DNA of 64,000 nucleotides from Selaginella moellendorffii. Lineage: Eukaryota; Plantae; Lycopodiophyta. The stretch spans positions 567,172 to 631,171 of the forward strand of contig NW_003314349.1 of assembly GCF_000143415.4 (NCBI RefSeq), given 5' to 3'. The position numbers and the translations under genes are program-made. How positions within the stretch are numbered: the stretch's first letter is position 1; every line of letters starts with the position of its first letter. Positions 43,633-55,976 of the stretch are shown here, piece by piece. Under the pieces are notes generated by a model. It had not been told where the DNA came from and made no database searches. It saw only the letters and a list, made by a program, of their open reading frames with translations.

Positions 43633-44592
43633 CTAGATAGCTTTCCATAACACTATTTTAGTTTCTAAGTTATAAATGAATACATTCCCTTCCCCTTTTA
43701 CCACAAGACTTGCAATTATAAAACAATCTTTCAATCTACATTCTACATCAGTTTCCCAAAAAATATTATTTGCAATGCTTTTTATGACAAGCTTCCCATT
43801 ATGTTGAAGATGTGCAAAACATCCAATAACAGGCTCATAAGAATGACTACTACTCCACAAGATCACACCATCTCTTTTATTAATTAATACTAATTTGCAA
43901 TCATTAGGTTGTATGGTGAGCCTGTATAACCCATTTACGGAGTTTAAACTATTTCCAGCTGGAAGATAAGATCCTGGAACTTTATTATTGTTGCTTACAA
44001 GAGAAAATCCAAAGCTCCAACAATCACTTATATCATGATCTTCAAGATAAATACTATCTGGTATTTTCAGATGATAACTATTACTATATTGTAAATCAGT
44101 TTGTAGTCTTATTAGTTCATAGGCTATTGCAAAATTCATAAATTCTGTGCGTATCTCCGCATAAAAACTTACTCTTGTTCTGTAAGAAATAACTATAGCA
44201 TCAATAACTATTTGATTTCTAATAGATATAAATGCTTGTCGCACATTATATGAAGGGAAGCCAATTGGTATAGATGGATCAGCCACACAAATCCCACTCA
44301 TAAAAAGTGGGGCAACGATGTGAAATGAGATTCTGACTAAGTTTCTATTTAAAGTGACTACAATAGAATTACTTCCAATTCCAAATATTCCACCATCAAT
44401 ATAAGTAGAATAAATATAAGTATCAATTGAATTTATAACTTCATTGAACTCCAATAAAGATATGGCATTTAATCTTGCAACAAAAATGGTTACAGGTTGA
44501 GGGGGATATGTATGTGGTGGTGGTGGTTGCTGACTAAGTATAGGTAAAATCAAAGCTAATATTTCAAAGATGAAACAAATATATAACACCAT
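43633..44592 (-). CDS. Secreted protein with RIP-A-chain-like N-terminal region and C-terminal bulb-type (GNA-like) lectin domain
   Basis: Signal peptide [20 protein letters not shown]; lectin [55 protein letters not shown]..VLW; intronless ORF open for ~320 codons in AT-rich DNA. Lectin call is firm, RIP call is tentative. Confidence 0.7.
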   Translation of the reverse strand: [319 protein letters not shown]

Positions 44593-46227
44593 ATTGAAAA
44601 ATTGATCTGTCAAAAATATTTTATGCCCTTCTATGTCTATTATAGCATGCATTTTGTTAAGGAAAGTATTAATATATCTAACATTTTTATAGTCCATTTA
44701 TACTTTAAAAGAATATATATTTTTAAAAATATTAATATTGATAATTAAAATTAGTCCTAAAAGTAAACTTGGGTATTTACACTAATTTTTAAATCTAGCA
44801 GAAGAACACTTCAAGTTTTTGACCAAGCATTTTTTGTTTGCTTCCTAGAATATTCAAGTATATTCTAGGATATTCTACAATTAAACTTTAATTCTTTTGT
44901 AATCTGTTTAAAGTTCTATTTAAAGTATTATATTGTTAAATAAGCACACATTAAATAAGCATAAAAGTTGTTCAAAGTCACTTTATCATATCATATCAAT
45001 TTTCCCCAAAATTACAAAAATATCTTTAACATTCTTCTATGCTTTTAATTGACCTCTTTTGAAATCCTACATACTCTTTTCTTACTTCTTGAATTTGAAG
45101 CTCCCTGAGTTCCTTGGGATAAATGGTTAAATAATACATAATCCAATATCTTCTAAAGGCTAGTAAAATCCCTTTGGCTTCATGGGATTCATGCTTCCAC
45201 AAGAAAGCTTATCATTTCCCATAGCAAAAATTCAAAAGATTAATAATAGATTATGATTCATTGTCATCAAAAGAAGATGAAACTATTAATGAAATACTAA
45301 AATAATAAAGAAGAAAAAATGGATTTATATTGAATACTTTGAGTACAAAGTTCTTATTTTTATAGGGTTAAAAAATTAATCTAATATAACTCTTAGTTAA
45401 TCTAGAAATCTATTCTCTATGCTCCCATATACCCATTAGTTCAAATTCTATAAGTATGGGGTCATGATTAATAATATATAAAGAAATGACAAATGATTGA
45501 AATGATAAAGAGTTTAGGCTGGATATATCTAAGATTTGAGATCCAAAACTAAATTTGAGATCAAATCCAATGTAAGCAATAAAAAAGAATAACTTAAAAA
45601 ATGATCTATAGAGTTTAAATATAAAAGGAAAAAGCCCATGAATAAAAATGCACCCCCTTTTCCAATTAAGATTGAGTTTGAAATTGAGCCCAAAACTAAA
45701 TTTGAGATCAAGTCCAAGTCACAATTATAGAAGTTGTAGGGTGAAACCACTTATTTCCCAAAGCTCCAGAATGTGTTATGAAAATTCCTTCATAAGAAAG
45801 TTTGGGATGGAGATGCAGCTGAACATGTCACTTTTGCTATTCAGATTTACTATAGAAGTCTCGATTTTTGCAAATTGGCAGGATGTATCATTGTGATCCC
45901 GAAGAGGCAAGGCCTCCTTCCTCAAGAACGCAATCTGCCAAGCTGAAATGACCCTATTTGCTGGTCAGCCAAACATCAGTCAGCTACAAGAAAATGCTAG
46001 AAAGGTTGCCAGTGACTATTCACTTCGACAACTAGGATATTGAGCCACTTCATTCTCCATGTAGTTTTTCAATCAGATTGTCTGTGTTTTCTAACTTTCA
46101 TGTTTTGATTCTTGGCGATAGTAAACTTTTTCGGAAACGAGTTTGCAGACCGAGTCCCTTTAGACTCGTAGTGTACCGACAGACACATGTTTCTCATTGA
46201 GGAAGCAGAGGTGGTGGAAGTCAATGG

Positions 46228-46451
46228 TATGAAATTTTATTATTGGAACCGGTTGCTGAGATGATGGCTATCAGGTAAGTGTAGAGGTAAACCGTTGTAG
46301 AAGACCCGGGTTCGATGCCGAAGGGTCCAATCAACAAGGACTTTTAGGCGAAAATCTTGCTCTTTAAGTAGCCCTTGTTCTTCACTAAAACAACTTAGAC
46401 CAGTCAGTTAGGAACTCGGTTTCTCAAAGCATACGTTTCGGGTTCGATTCT
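46228..46451 (+). repeat. tRNA-derived dimeric repeat, copy 1
   Basis: Two B-box-like motifs (GACCCGGGTTCGATGCC near 46303 and CGGGTTCGATTC near 46439); near-identical to 49883-50118. Confidence 0.7.
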
Positions 46452-46601
46452 GATCGATATTACAAAAGAATAAATTATTCTATCTCTCAGCTACGGTTCT
46501 AACGCTGGATCCACATTTTGGTTGGAGACTTTTGTGTCGCTGGATGAAAATTTGTGGGTCTCGCATTCCTGGTGTATCAAGTATTCTTGCTTGAGTGATT
46601 C

Positions 46602-47760
46602 ATGGCGTGGATGGCTATGCCCACGACGGTGCTCAACAATCATCCTCCGTTACTGCTCCCCTCATTGCTTGAAGCTCTCAAGAGAACCGGCGAGGAGCGT
46701 GTCGCTGCGTTTCACTTCCCAGGCCACGGCCTCAGCGCCTCTTCGATTTCCAAGCTTCTCGGAGCTCAACTCTTCCAGTTTGATCTCCCGGAGCTGCCAG
46801 GCCTGGCCACAAGAAGCCATAGCCGAAGCGCAGCAAATGATTTCGGAGCTGGGTATTCGTGGTTCTTGGTAAACGGCTCTATGTGTGGAATTCAAGCGGC
46901 GGTGATGAGCTGCTGCAAGCGAGGAGACGTTTCAATCCTCCCCACGTTTCAGCATTCTCAGCCATGGTTCTTGCTGGAGCAATGCCTCACTATGCTCTTC
47001 CTTGTTACGAGAGGCTGCAAGATTGTAAAGCACGAGAGAATTTGCAAGTGCCTTCGAACCTTGCAAAGCTCCAGTCCGAGTTACCATCTCTTGGCCTCTC
47101 TCGATGCCGCAAGGGACCAGATGAGTTGTGCAGCAAGCGATGACCATCCAGCGTTTGATACAGCTCTGGAGCTGGCTTCCACAGCTCGACGACGCCTGAA
47201 AGAAAGCCAGAAGTTTTAGTCCTTGATAGAGAAAATATGAGCTCGGCAGCCAAAGCTGATACCATTTTTGATGAGCTTAAGGATCACCATTGGTTTGTGG
47301 GAGCTCGGAGTCGCAGGAACCCTTGCTGATGGCTTTCTGTGCGATAAATGCAAGGTGGTGTCCGAGCTTCCTCTTCTGAACTCCATAACTTTTGCTATGG
47401 CTGGCACTAGCAGCAGCGACATTGAGAAACTTATCAAAGGCTTTCAAGAGCTTTCGAGTTCTTCCAGATTGACAATAGGTTCTTATTCCAGACCTTGAGT
47501 GCCTGATTGTAACAAAAACGGATGAAAAGCAGTAGTTAGTCCAAGAGATGCATTCTTTGCAGAAACTTACTGCTGCAAAGCTGATGAAGTAGTGGGTCTA
47601 GCGACTGCTGTGTGCCCGTATCCACCTGGTATTTCTGTGTGCTTTCCTGGAGAGCTCGTCTCACAGGAGGCTCTTTGAAGCAAGCCCATGCTTCAGGAAT
47701 TACCATCAGTGGAGCATAAGATCCAACTCTTTCCACATTTCATGTCTTGAAGTGACATCA
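46602..47760 (+). pseudogene. Orn/Lys/Arg decarboxylase-family (PLP, AAT-fold) pseudogene
   Basis: FHFPGHG, DLPELPGL, FGAGYSWFLVNGSMCGIQAAVM, LQSSSPSYHLLASLDAAR, LRITIG, SPRDAFFA, PYPPGISVCFPGE; frameshifts; PLP-lysine region appears deleted. Confidence 0.85.
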
Positions 47761-47829
47761 CAAAGATCCAGCTGCAAAGAAAACAACAAGAGTTAGATAA
47801 ATGCAAAGTCATAGAAACTTAATTACGCA

Positions 47830-49300
47830 CTCATCACTTCAAGGTTGTCATAGTGTTCATTGTTTGAGCCTGAGTATATGTTTGCCATGAGAGCATAAGC
47901 TGTACCACCTTGATCGTCAACCTTTGATAGAGCATCAAAGGCTACCTTTCCAATCACCACATTGAAACAAGCCCCAAGCAAAGCCATTCATATCCTGGAG
48001 CACACCTCTTCCACAGGCAGGCTTTCCACCACCGCAAGCGCATCCTCCAGCTGATTAACACGTCCAAGTAGATCAGCCATGGACTGTCCCCTTGACGGCT
48101 GTATCCTGCGATCAGTGCACTCCAAGACACTGCGTCATTGTCTGGAAACCCATCGAACACTCGGCGAGATTCCACGATGTCACCACACTTGCCGTAGAAA
48201 CTTATGAGCGAGTTTGCCACCACCAGAGAGTTCTCGGCCCCAGCTTCTTCGATCAGACGATGGATTGTCTGTCCAGCCTGTAGTGCTCCAAGACCCCCAC
48301 AGGCCTTAAGTACCGATGCAAAAGCCTGCCGAGTCCTGTTTCAGTCCTTGGAGTCTTCCAGCCAATGCCTTCTCCAGCAACGCCACTTTCAAGAGTCTTC
48401 CATCCACAAGCCGAGCCTCTTCCTTCTCGGCCATATCCAACCACGCCTGGAGAAAGGCCGCCAAAGTTCTCGAGCTGACGGCCACGTCTAACGCTTGCAT
48501 GGCCGTGAATAACTCGAGAGCTCGCTCGGCCTCGCCACCTTTTGCATATCCCATGATCGTAACATTCCATGAGACCGAATTCTCCGCTCTATCATCCCAT
48601 CGAAAACTCTCCAGCAATCCAGCAATCTCCCCCAATTTGCATACATATCCATCAGACTGTTGGAGACAAAAACGCTGGACGAAATCCCCATCCCTGTTCT
48701 TGCAAACTTCGAGTAAATCTCTCCGCCCCTGTCCAGCCATCCCAGATTCGTGCAAGCGTCGAGCACGGCCACCAGAGTCCAGCATTCTCCTCCACTCCAT
48801 CTTCCAAAAGCATAAGCTCAAAGAGCTCCAACGCTAGCTCGTCTTCCCCTCCTTGCGAGCAAGCGCTGATCATGGCACTTCACAAAACCACGTCCTTTGT
48901 TCCCAACTTGGCAAATCTCTAGAGCTTCTCTCACGCTGCCACACTTTCCATAGAAATCCACCAGGGCGCTGGCCACGAACCTGTCCACCAAGAATCCACC
49001 ACTCTGAAGCTGGGAATGAAGAGCCAAGCCTCTCTTGAGGCTCCTGCTTGATGGTCCTCCCCTGTAAATCTTTCACCCCCTTTTCTCTAGCGGCCTGTGA
49101 AGAACACGCCTGGAGAGCCGTGACGAAGATACGGCCGTTTGGATCCAACCCCTCGGCATGCAGCCGCGCAAAGAACTGGAACGCGAGACCCGGCTGGCCG
49201 CACCGCGCGTAGCCGCCGATGACGCAGTTTCACGACGCCGCGGTGCGCCGATCCATGGAATCGAAAATGCGGCGTGCCTCGTCCATCCTGCCCCGTTTCG
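47830..49300 (-). pseudogene. PLS-E PPR pseudogene
   Basis: FVASALVDFYGKCGSVREA, FVSNSLMDMYA, VANSLISFYGKCGDIVESRRVFD..VSWSALIAGY in different frames; E-like GTAYALMANIY. Confidence 0.85.
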
Positions 49301-49882
49301 CGTCCATGAATGACTGTGTTGATCAAGCCGATGCTCTTACTGGAGAGGTTGAGGTTTAAAGAACAATAGGAGGATAATGCAAAACTGTGCTTGCTCTGTG
49401 CAAACTCGCTGGATGCTGAGAGAGAGTATCTTGTGAGATTTGATTAGGCCTCCCAAAACTTGGCCAGTTCTTCGGTATAGACAGTCCGGTCCTGGATCTG
49501 CCAATCAGAGCGACGGGAACGAGCCACCAGTTGTTCTCCTCCCTGCTTCTTTCATAGAAACAGCGAGTGAGCGAGTGAGTGAGAAAATCTAGAACAAAAC
49601 TCTCCTGTCAATTTTCCTTTCTTGGCCGAGTGGGGTTTCTCCATCTTCTAATCCACCACCGAGTGAACTCCCCACACCCAGAGCGCCACTATCGTCCTTG
49701 GAAGTTGGATCCCACCATGCGGAGGTCGTCAAGTATTTTGGAAGAGGAGCGCCGCCCCGATCCATCGAGATCCCCTCCTCTTACCTCTACAATTGGGAAA
49801 GGGCTTCTGCCAAGCACGAAACGCGGCCTCGAGCAGCGAGAATGTGGGTCGATCTAACATGCCATATGGTTCAAGTAGATGT

Positions 49883-50118
49883 TATGATATTTTATTATTG
49901 GAACCCGGTTGCTGAGATGATGGCTATCAGGTAAGTGTAGAGGTAAACCGTTGTAGAAGACCCGGGTTCGATGCCGAAGGGTCCAATCAACAAGGACTTT
50001 TATGCAAAACTCTTGCTCTTTAAGTAGCCCTTGTTCTGGTTCGCTAGCTCACTAGAACAACTTAGACCAGTCGGTTAAGACCTCGGCTTCCCAAAGCATA
50101 CGTTTCGGGTTCAATTCT
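49883..50118 (+). repeat. tRNA-derived dimeric repeat, copy 2
   Basis: Direct repeat of 46228-46451; second unit tagaccagtcggttaagacctcggcttcc..cgggttcaattc resembles a degenerate tRNA-Glu/Gly. Confidence 0.7.
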
Positions 50119-50779
50119 TGCCAATGCTACTTATAAATCAAAGAATATTCGTGTCCACCACATTAATAAAACGAATCGATTGGCTTACCTTTACCTTTAG
50201 AGAAAGGTCGCGAGTGATTTGAAAAATGTAGGCATTATTCTATTAGTGTTTTGGCCAGATGATGCATTCCCGTTGCTCGCGACTCACGGCTCTTCTTTGC
50301 AACTGCCGTGAAAATCCAGAAAAATCGCTACAATTGCCGTGGGGAACAGTAAGATTTCCATCAGCAAGGTGTGTAGTCTCGTCCAGAATGGTTTTTCTTC
50401 GAGGTATTTAAAGGAAAATCCTGCTGTTCATATAAGCAGTAGCATTCTGGAGCGATGGAAGGAACTACATGGTAGCTGCGGCAGGCGATGGAATTTCCTT
50501 GAGAGGTACGTGCAACCAAGGCTTTTAAATTCGACAAAGCTCTCTAAGTCATGTTTCCTTGTTCTTTGCTAGATGTATCATTGAGAGAAAACAATTCCAA
50601 TGCTCTCTCCGAGCGTCACAGATGCGGGAATATAAATGTGCAGCCCGGGGAAAATTGTAGCTTAGATGATCAACAGGCATTCTTGAAGAGGAAAGATAGT
50701 GCGACACGAACGAGCACTCCTCGCAACACTAAAGTCTTGCGGCAGTAAGGAGGAACTTGAACAGGTGCTCGCCAAATGC

Positions 50780-51180
50780 AGACGAGATGGGAATGTTTTC
50801 CTGGCTCACACGTCCATCGACATGTACGCCAGATGTGAGAGCAAGCTCGGTGAGTTTTCGACTGCATGAAGCAGTGAACCGTGGTGTCCTGGAATGTGAT
50901 CATCAAGGCTTATGCTTGGAGTGGAGAAAAGGGTTTGGCACTGGAACTTTTCTCCATCATACTGGATCAAGGCTTCCAACACGAGAACTTTTGTGGTTGT
51001 TCTTGGTGCCTGTGCCGGCTTGGCAGCGGGAGAAGACGGCAGGGAGTTGGCTGGAAAAATGGTGACAGTGAATGGCTTTCCATTCAGAGCTTTCCATGAG
51101 GGGACTCAAGTCTAACAGGTTTCTTGCAAGCACGATATTCGACTTTTACATGAAGTGTGGATCTCTGAAAGTCACTCTGA
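50780..51180 (+). pseudogene. Short PPR fragment
   Basis: VVSWNVIIKAYAWSGEKGLALELF, TRTFVVVLGACAGL, SNRFLASTIFDFYMKCGSL in shifting frames. Confidence 0.7.
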
Positions 51181-51299
51181 TGGAAAGGATGAAGGGAAAA
51201 ATAGTACAGTATGAATGCTTTAGAAGTACAGGTTTATATATGTGTTCATCTCCTTAAATCTCTCTAAGATCCCTATCTTCTTGTCACATTGATTCCTGC

Positions 51300-51800
51300 T
51301 ACTCTAACACTCCCACTCTATCTGACAATCTTTTCAGTTTGTAAAACGTCTTTAGATCTCAGCTCTCTCTAGGAAGATAACTTATGCAATTATTTAAATT
51401 GTTGAGTGGTACTTGAATTTGATCTCCTCTCGCTCCACATGTTCCCAAATAAAGTGAGAAATCGGAGTAGGAACACTAGTTCCATAGGTTGACACTAATC
51501 TTGCTGGAGACCTTGATGACTGCAGATTAACAACTCTAAATTCTCTAATGTTGTTATGCGGAGTTAGAAATAATGAATAGTGACATTATCAATAATGTAA
51601 TACAATGTAAGTAAAGCAGTAAAGGAGGCACTATAGATTCATTGACTACTATGAAATATTAGACTTGAAATGCAAACATCAATGAACACAAATACTGGTT
51701 TTATATGAACTTGCATACACAAGAAACAACTGTTGCTATGTCCAGTTGACTCACTATTGCAAGGTACAACAAAGCACTAACCATGTTCTAATATAGTAAT
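51300..51800 (+). mobile_element. Ty1/Copia RT-RNase H remnant
   Basis: VDTNLAGDLDDCRLT (near 51488) and KAVKEAL (near 51614) match Copia RNase H motifs; many stops. Confidence 0.55.
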
Positions 51801-53354
51801 TACATCATCTCCTTTTTCTACCTGGATTATCATCTTTGAAAAGTTTGTGGAACTTTACTGCTAGATTTGGGGCAATGTGTGTAGTAAATTTTTTTGTCAT
51901 ATTCTATATGAGATTGCATATATACTTTTGTTGATGAATTCTCAAGATGTAGTGTTCCCTATTATAAAAAACTCATAAGCCAAGATAAAATAAAATTTTA
52001 CCTAGATCTATCATCTTTAAGTTGCTTCTTTAGCCATCATAAATTCAATGTATTTCTAGCCTTGATGAGATAATTGATGTAGACACATACATTATTGACT
52101 GTCAAATACAATAGTAGAGATTCCAATCTACTTTTGCATAGACCAGGTATTAAAAAGAACTTGTTTAAGGTGTTGTAATATTTTTGGGGATTTTTTAAGT
52201 GTATAAATAGATCACTAAAGCTTACAAATAAATAAAGTGTTCTTTTCCACATAATTTAAACTCAGAAGGTTGATGTATGTATACTAGGTATTCCAATTTA
52301 CCATTTAAAAATGTGTTTTTAACGTCTATTTATTCAACCTCAAGATCTAGATGGTTAGCTATATCAAGAATTAATCATGTAGAAACCATTTTAACTACAG
52401 GTGAAATTTTTTTATTGTAATTGATCTTAGCTCATTGTGTGTAGCCTAAAGCTACTAACCTTATTTTATACCAATTGATTTCACATGACTCTTGATACTT
52501 GAGATTGTGTACCTATATAATTATTGCCGTATTACCAATATCCATGAATCATTTTTTAGTTATACATTGTACTCTACTCCCCTAAATCTACCCCTATAAT
52601 TTTAAAAAAAAATCAATTTAGCTATTATGGCTTCTAATAATCATGAATTTCACATGAATAAATTTCAATGTTAAAAAAGAGTACTTATGTGTTTTTGTAC
52701 ATAATTGAATATGGTAAATCACTACCTTTTGTAGAAGGGTGTACTTTTCTTATCATAAATCTCTCTCTCTCTCTCTCTTGCCCCCCCCCCCAGAAGCAAT
52801 ATGATTGATTGATTGATTTAAAATATCTCAAGAGACTTAAGATTCTAAAATAATTTCTTTCTTGACTTAGTTTGAAGAGTTTTTCATCTTAGCCACTCAA
52901 TATCATCCCATGACAAATATGGCTTTCTTTTATTTATAGTAATGTTCTCAAAGATTTAGGATCTTAATATCACTTTTGTCTCTTTTAGATTTTAATTATT
53001 TTTATACCTTTCAACTGTGATTTAGTGAAAGTAGTGTAGCTTGTGCAATGTTAATACTCTTCCCTTACAATCTTTATGCTCAGTCTTCATTCCTAGGCAA
53101 TCCACCAAAAATGTAGTGGCCTCCCATAACAACACATAATAAACAAACATGATGAGTCTTTGGTATCTTGATGGTAGTTTCTTGTGTGTATGTGTTATTT
53201 TGTACACTCATCCTCCTCTACCTCACTCTCAATTGAATTTAGTTTTAAAGTTCTTTTTTTCTCTTTTCTTTTTAGGGATTATACCATTGTAGAGTTATCA
53301 AATGTCATATTCAAATTAGTCAAACTGAGACTTTAAAGAATACTTTTAAAAGGT

Positions 53355-53575
53355 CTAATACCTTGACTTTCCCACAAACCAAATTTTCAGTAACGCTTCA
53401 AGGCCATAAGCAAGCTTGAAAGGTGTAGAATTTGTTGAAACTTTGTAGGCTGTTCTATATGCCCAAAGAGCATCATAAATTCTTTCATCCCAATCCTTAA
53501 GGTTTTTTTTGACTATTTTCTTGAGTATGTTTTTAAGTGTTTTGTTTGTTGATTCTGCTTGTCCATTAATCACAT
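53355..53575 (-). mobile_element. Ty3/Gypsy integrase core fragment
   Basis: NGQAESTNKTLKNILKK..DWDERIYDALWAYRTAYKVSTNSTPFKLAYG. Confidence 0.85.
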
Positions 53576-55928
53576 TGCTTAAGGACAAAATATAAAATAC
53601 CCTTCAAGATTCTAAAAAGATTTAAAATTAGTGTTAAATTAGTTGTTGCTTTTATTTTTTGAGAATCTCTACTAAAATCTGAGTCATAAATATATAGTGA
53701 ATGCATATGCTTATAAATTTTAGAATTTTTCTTGAAATTTACATATTTTAAAGGTGAGTCATCAATGTGTGATGATCCTAAATGCATAGTTGAGAAATAT
53801 AAATAGTTTTAGGGGTATTATTGGGTAATTTCTATTGAGATTATCAATATATCCATCATTTATTAACAATGGAATATTTAGAATGATTTTGCAACATAAT
53901 TATATTAACTAATTTAGAAATAAACTAACTAATTTTATTTGCTTGCTACACTTATTACAGCCATATTACTAGATATTAAATTAAAAAATTTAAAGACTTT
54001 TAAACTACTTATTGAGTATTTCTCTCTATCACATACTAGACTTAATGAATATAACATTTATATCATTTTGGTTATATGAGTGCTTAAGATATTGGAATAG
54101 GAATATTAAATGGTTTTACCCCACAAGTATGAATGGACTAAATTAAGTCTTGAATGGAAGATTTATATACTATATGCCTAAGCAGAGTAATATATATATA
54201 TGTATTTATAGACCTTATACCATCCTTCTCTTTGGAAGATGAGAATGTGATGATGATAAGTTAAGTAGAATATTTAAAGCTTCTGTTAGACAATTATAAA
54301 TTGTCATAAAAACTTGAAACTCCCACTAATGTAATTGTTAATAACTATAACTAAAACAAAACCCAAAGTCATAACATAAGCATCAGTCAATTATGGAATT
54401 TCAATAAACTAATTACAACTTTGTGTATAATTGCCAAATGCTCAAACCAACCTTGAAGCCATAACCTTAAACCAAAACAAAGGATTTTGAGAATCACTAT
54501 AGTTCATGAAATGCCATTATAACAAATAATACATCTTGCCATTAAGTTTATTTATCGATAATCCTTCGAAACCACCATTAACTTAAACTCATGGCAAGAA
54601 ATAAAATTTACCTCTACATCTTCCCTTTGGTTAACATCTAACACTTATATTAATTTAAACTCACAACTTTCATCCTTGTTTAACACCACATATGGGAGGT
54701 CAGACTCACTTCATTTGTTTTCTATATCCCCTCTTCAAAGGAAAAAAAATTCTAAAGAATTAACTTCATTCGAACTTGTTGCACTTTACAATGTATGTTA
54801 TTTATTTTTGCTTCACTATTGTATTTATTTATCCTTATTCTATTCTTAGGGTTAGACTCTTATCTGTCCCTTCTACCCCCTCCTTTAAAGAATTTTGTTT
54901 TGAAGCATTGAGGCAAAGAAAAAAAAGTGAGAAAATTTAAGAAAGAACTATGGTGGTAGAAAAATAAATAAATAAGGAAGCATTAGAAAAGGAATTTTCA
55001 ATAATTAACAATGTAAAAATGGGGAAATAAAAAGAATATATACTTGAAAAACAACGGATTTTTTATCATAAAATACTTCGGATATCACAATATAAGTGAA
55101 AGATTCACACCATTCAACCTCTTTAATATACAACTCAACATTTGAGACAAAAAAATCAATAGAAATATCTATATTCTCAAGGGAATATATAAACTCTTCA
55201 ATAACAATAATAAAGCAAAAGTTTTCAATGGCACTCATAAGTGAGGATATATAATCAAATTAAAACTCTAGCTAAAGTGACTAAACCTTTGGAATAATAG
55301 AATACTCAACATTAAAATTAATCAAAGACCTTGCCAACAAAATAAAAATAATATTTTCAACTTAATATACATACTTAACATCTAGATTAATATAAGGACA
55401 TAAAACACTCAACTTAACATTGGACTTGGAATTGAGTCATAAGAGTCATAAATGATTGACGTGCTAGAAGATGGAAACACTACAGATAAAAAAAATATAT
55501 ATTAAGAATATGAAAAAATGGCTCAAGCCAAGATATAAAAAAAAGTTGGGAAAGAGTAGAAGGTAAAGAGAAAGGATCAAATGATAAATTGAAAAATTGA
55601 CACTTACCTCATGAAAAATTAATTTTATTCAAAATGATATATTACCTACTAGGCTTGCATGATTGAAACATTTAGAGCAAGTTGTTTTGATTGATCATTC
55701 TGCTTTGTAATTCAACCATTGAAATTACATACCAGTACATTGTCGTGAGTTAGACCACCCATCGGCTTTTTTGCAAGAAATGCTTTCACTGACATTTAGA
55801 CAACATTAGCGATTGTCAAATCTTTAACTCATCTCTAAAGTTATTTCTATAATATTTAAGCTTGTCATCATAATTTAGAATCTATTCGAGCTTATACACA
55901 TTGTCTTCCCATAAACTTCATCCTTAAA

Positions 55929-55976
55929 CATTCTCCAACAATTAAATTGCATCATTCTCCAACAATTAAATTGCAT
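55929..55976. repeat. Perfect 24-bp tandem duplication
   Basis: cattctccaacaattaaattgcat x2. Confidence 0.9.

Noticed and set aside
44593-44697. ORF-track start at 44697 for the lectin fusion
   Set aside because: The signal peptide begins at the ATG at 44592; the upstream extension looks like open AT-rich leader
46245-46330. Faint resemblance of the first tRNA-like unit to tRNA-Sec or a functional tRNA
   Set aside because: No UCA anticodon, weak T-stem and no clean cloverleaf; land plants lack the Sec system; kept only as a tRNA-derived repeat
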